This document shows, in pieces, positions 62,800-64,000 of a stretch of 64,000 bases of DNA (position 1 is the first letter of the stretch; each line of letters opens with the position of its first letter). Made by a program: the position numbers and the translations under genes. Under the pieces are notes generated by a model. The model was not told where the DNA came from. It did no database searches and worked only from the letters and a program-made list of their open reading frames with translations. The DNA is from Amoebidium appalachense (taxonomy: Eukaryota; Protista; Ichthyosporea), in assembly GCA_963693365.1 (NCBI GenBank), contig CAVNZM010000004.1, forward strand, positions 12,428,468-12,492,467, in the 5' to 3' direction.

Positions 62800-63768
62800 A
62801 GGAGGGAAAAGAAGTGAAGAAAAAGAATGTAAGTCTTACTTTCATTTCCTGCCTTTCCCCTCAGTCACTCTCCGGGAGCTCACCACCAGTGGCCGATTAC
62901 CCGGTGTCGTTCGGGGCACCCACAAAAACCCAACATACATCCCACACATATTTGTCCGCACCCAACAGGCCTGGGCAAACAAATTTCTCGATGAGAACGG
63001 ATACATAGGTGGGTGGATACAACTTTGTCTTCTTGAAGACACACCCACGCATGTGCGCGCACACACGCAAATGCACGCACAAATACTCACAGGATTATAC
63101 AGATCAACTGGTGGACATATACACACTCATTCACATACATACGCATGGTCACGTGAAAGGTTGAGGGTGTGAGGGTGTGTACATGTGTTAGTGTAGGCAT
63201 TTCTGGGAGTAAAAAGAATCGACACTTATTGTCACTTATGCATTTGCACACCCTATTTAGTAACGCAAAATCCTCCCCCCCCCCCCCCCCCCCTTCTCCC
63301 CTCGAGCCCCCCCAACGTAACCCCCCCCCCCCCCTCCCCCCCCGATGATGCATACTATTGGTGCTATGTTTTGGGTTGTCGTTGTGAATGTGTACTTCGC
63401 ACTCGGTAACACATTCTACCTTCCCCTCCTCCCCCCGCCACCCCCTTCCCGCCGCGCTTCGCCGAGGAAATCCACTCCTTTCTCATCATTTTATCCATCT
63501 GCCTATGTATTGCTCCCCACCTACATGGATACACATTTCTTCTTCATTTACAAGAATAATTCCCGTTTGCCTTCCAACCCAATAACCCATGGTACTCTCC
63601 ACAGGGTTCGATCAGCTTCGGGCAATTGAGATTTCTGATGTTGAACGGTTCTGCCGTGGTAGGGAGGGTGTTCTTCTGGAGGGTTGTTTTGTGGGCCGGT
63701 CGGTGCTTGTGAGGGTGGATGCACTGTGTGAAGAGGCTTTGGCACATGACGGGTATTGTGATTTCATG
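57000..63768 (+). CDS. UFL1: E3 UFM1-protein ligase 1, 5' part (continues beyond the window)
   Basis: Exons 57000-57210, 59160-59286, 59894-60008, 61636-61766, 62301-62359, 62865-63008 and 63605-63768. Encodes [15 protein letters not shown]...[15 protein letters not shown]...[12 protein letters not shown]...GGRVN...[14 protein letters not shown]...FNLP...LYTRAFL...[11 protein letters not shown]...YIP...ENGYI. Confidence 0.93.
60041..60180 (+). mobile_element. Diverged copy of the intronic repeat family (subfamily shared with 36490-36600, minus strand)
   Basis: ccctgaggatgggatctgcctattttgcatactgtgtgcg...gaatgtttacctttgcatgt, followed by poly-C. Confidence 0.7.
60437..60800 (+). repeat. Duplication of a ~100-bp complex CA/CG unit (offset about 258 bp) within a microsatellite field
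   Basis: caaacgtgtgtgcacacacccacacacacaaaccacacacccatgcacgcatgcgcgggtgcgcgc occurs at about 60437 and 60695. Confidence 0.8.
61162..61442. mobile_element. Non-autonomous hairpin-rich element, copy 2
   Basis: Shares tgattggacaaaacacgat, tcaggggagaacgattcgatccccgagcgacataaaggggccgttagg, atttagggcccagacacacatagggttatggttattgggtttatg and tctccctatacctagggg with copy 1. Its own inverted repeats are gtccatac-acc-ggaagcccc and ggggcttcc-ttc-gtatagac. Confidence 0.85.
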
Positions 63769-63779
63769 GTACAAGCCAG

Positions 63780-63842
<63 letters not shown>

Positions 63843-64000
63843 CCCGGCCCCACCCTCCCCTTCCCTCCCCTGTCCACAAACACACACACACAAACCACCT
63901 GACAACCATACCTGCCTCGGAAGAGAAATAATGCTGAGTTGTAGGAGAACAAAGGCCGCCGTGCCGTTCATGGGTGTTTGCTTGGAGTATCCACATGCCT

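Overview
This is a eukaryotic, intron-rich nuclear window. The gene set and style suggest a unicellular holozoan such as an ichthyosporean, but that is an inference. Introns are packed with poly-C/poly-G, (CA)n and (CT)n tracts, so most ORFs in the six-frame track are artefacts. By joining exons manually at GT-AG sites I reconstruct seven spliced genes: the 3' part of an ARID4-like chromatin protein (+), C1D/Rrp47 (+, 8 exons), an ankyrin plus coiled-coil protein (-), an N-acylated ARM-like membrane protein (-), an SNX-BAR sorting nexin (+), ACBD3/GCP60 (-) and the 5' part of UFL1 (+). Less ordinary items: a small intronless gene with prepropeptide architecture and a C-terminal disulfide loop (9217-9486, -); an intronic repeat family that is sense to its host gene in every copy found, varies at the 5' end and usually runs into poly-C; a two-copy hairpin-rich element whose inverted repeats differ between copies but stay self-complementary; a Harbinger-like MITE; a short palindromic-repeat array with G-rich spacers; an orphan Cys-rich intronless ORF; and a GC-rich, foldable island. 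All homology calls are by eye from remembered motifs; no searches were run.
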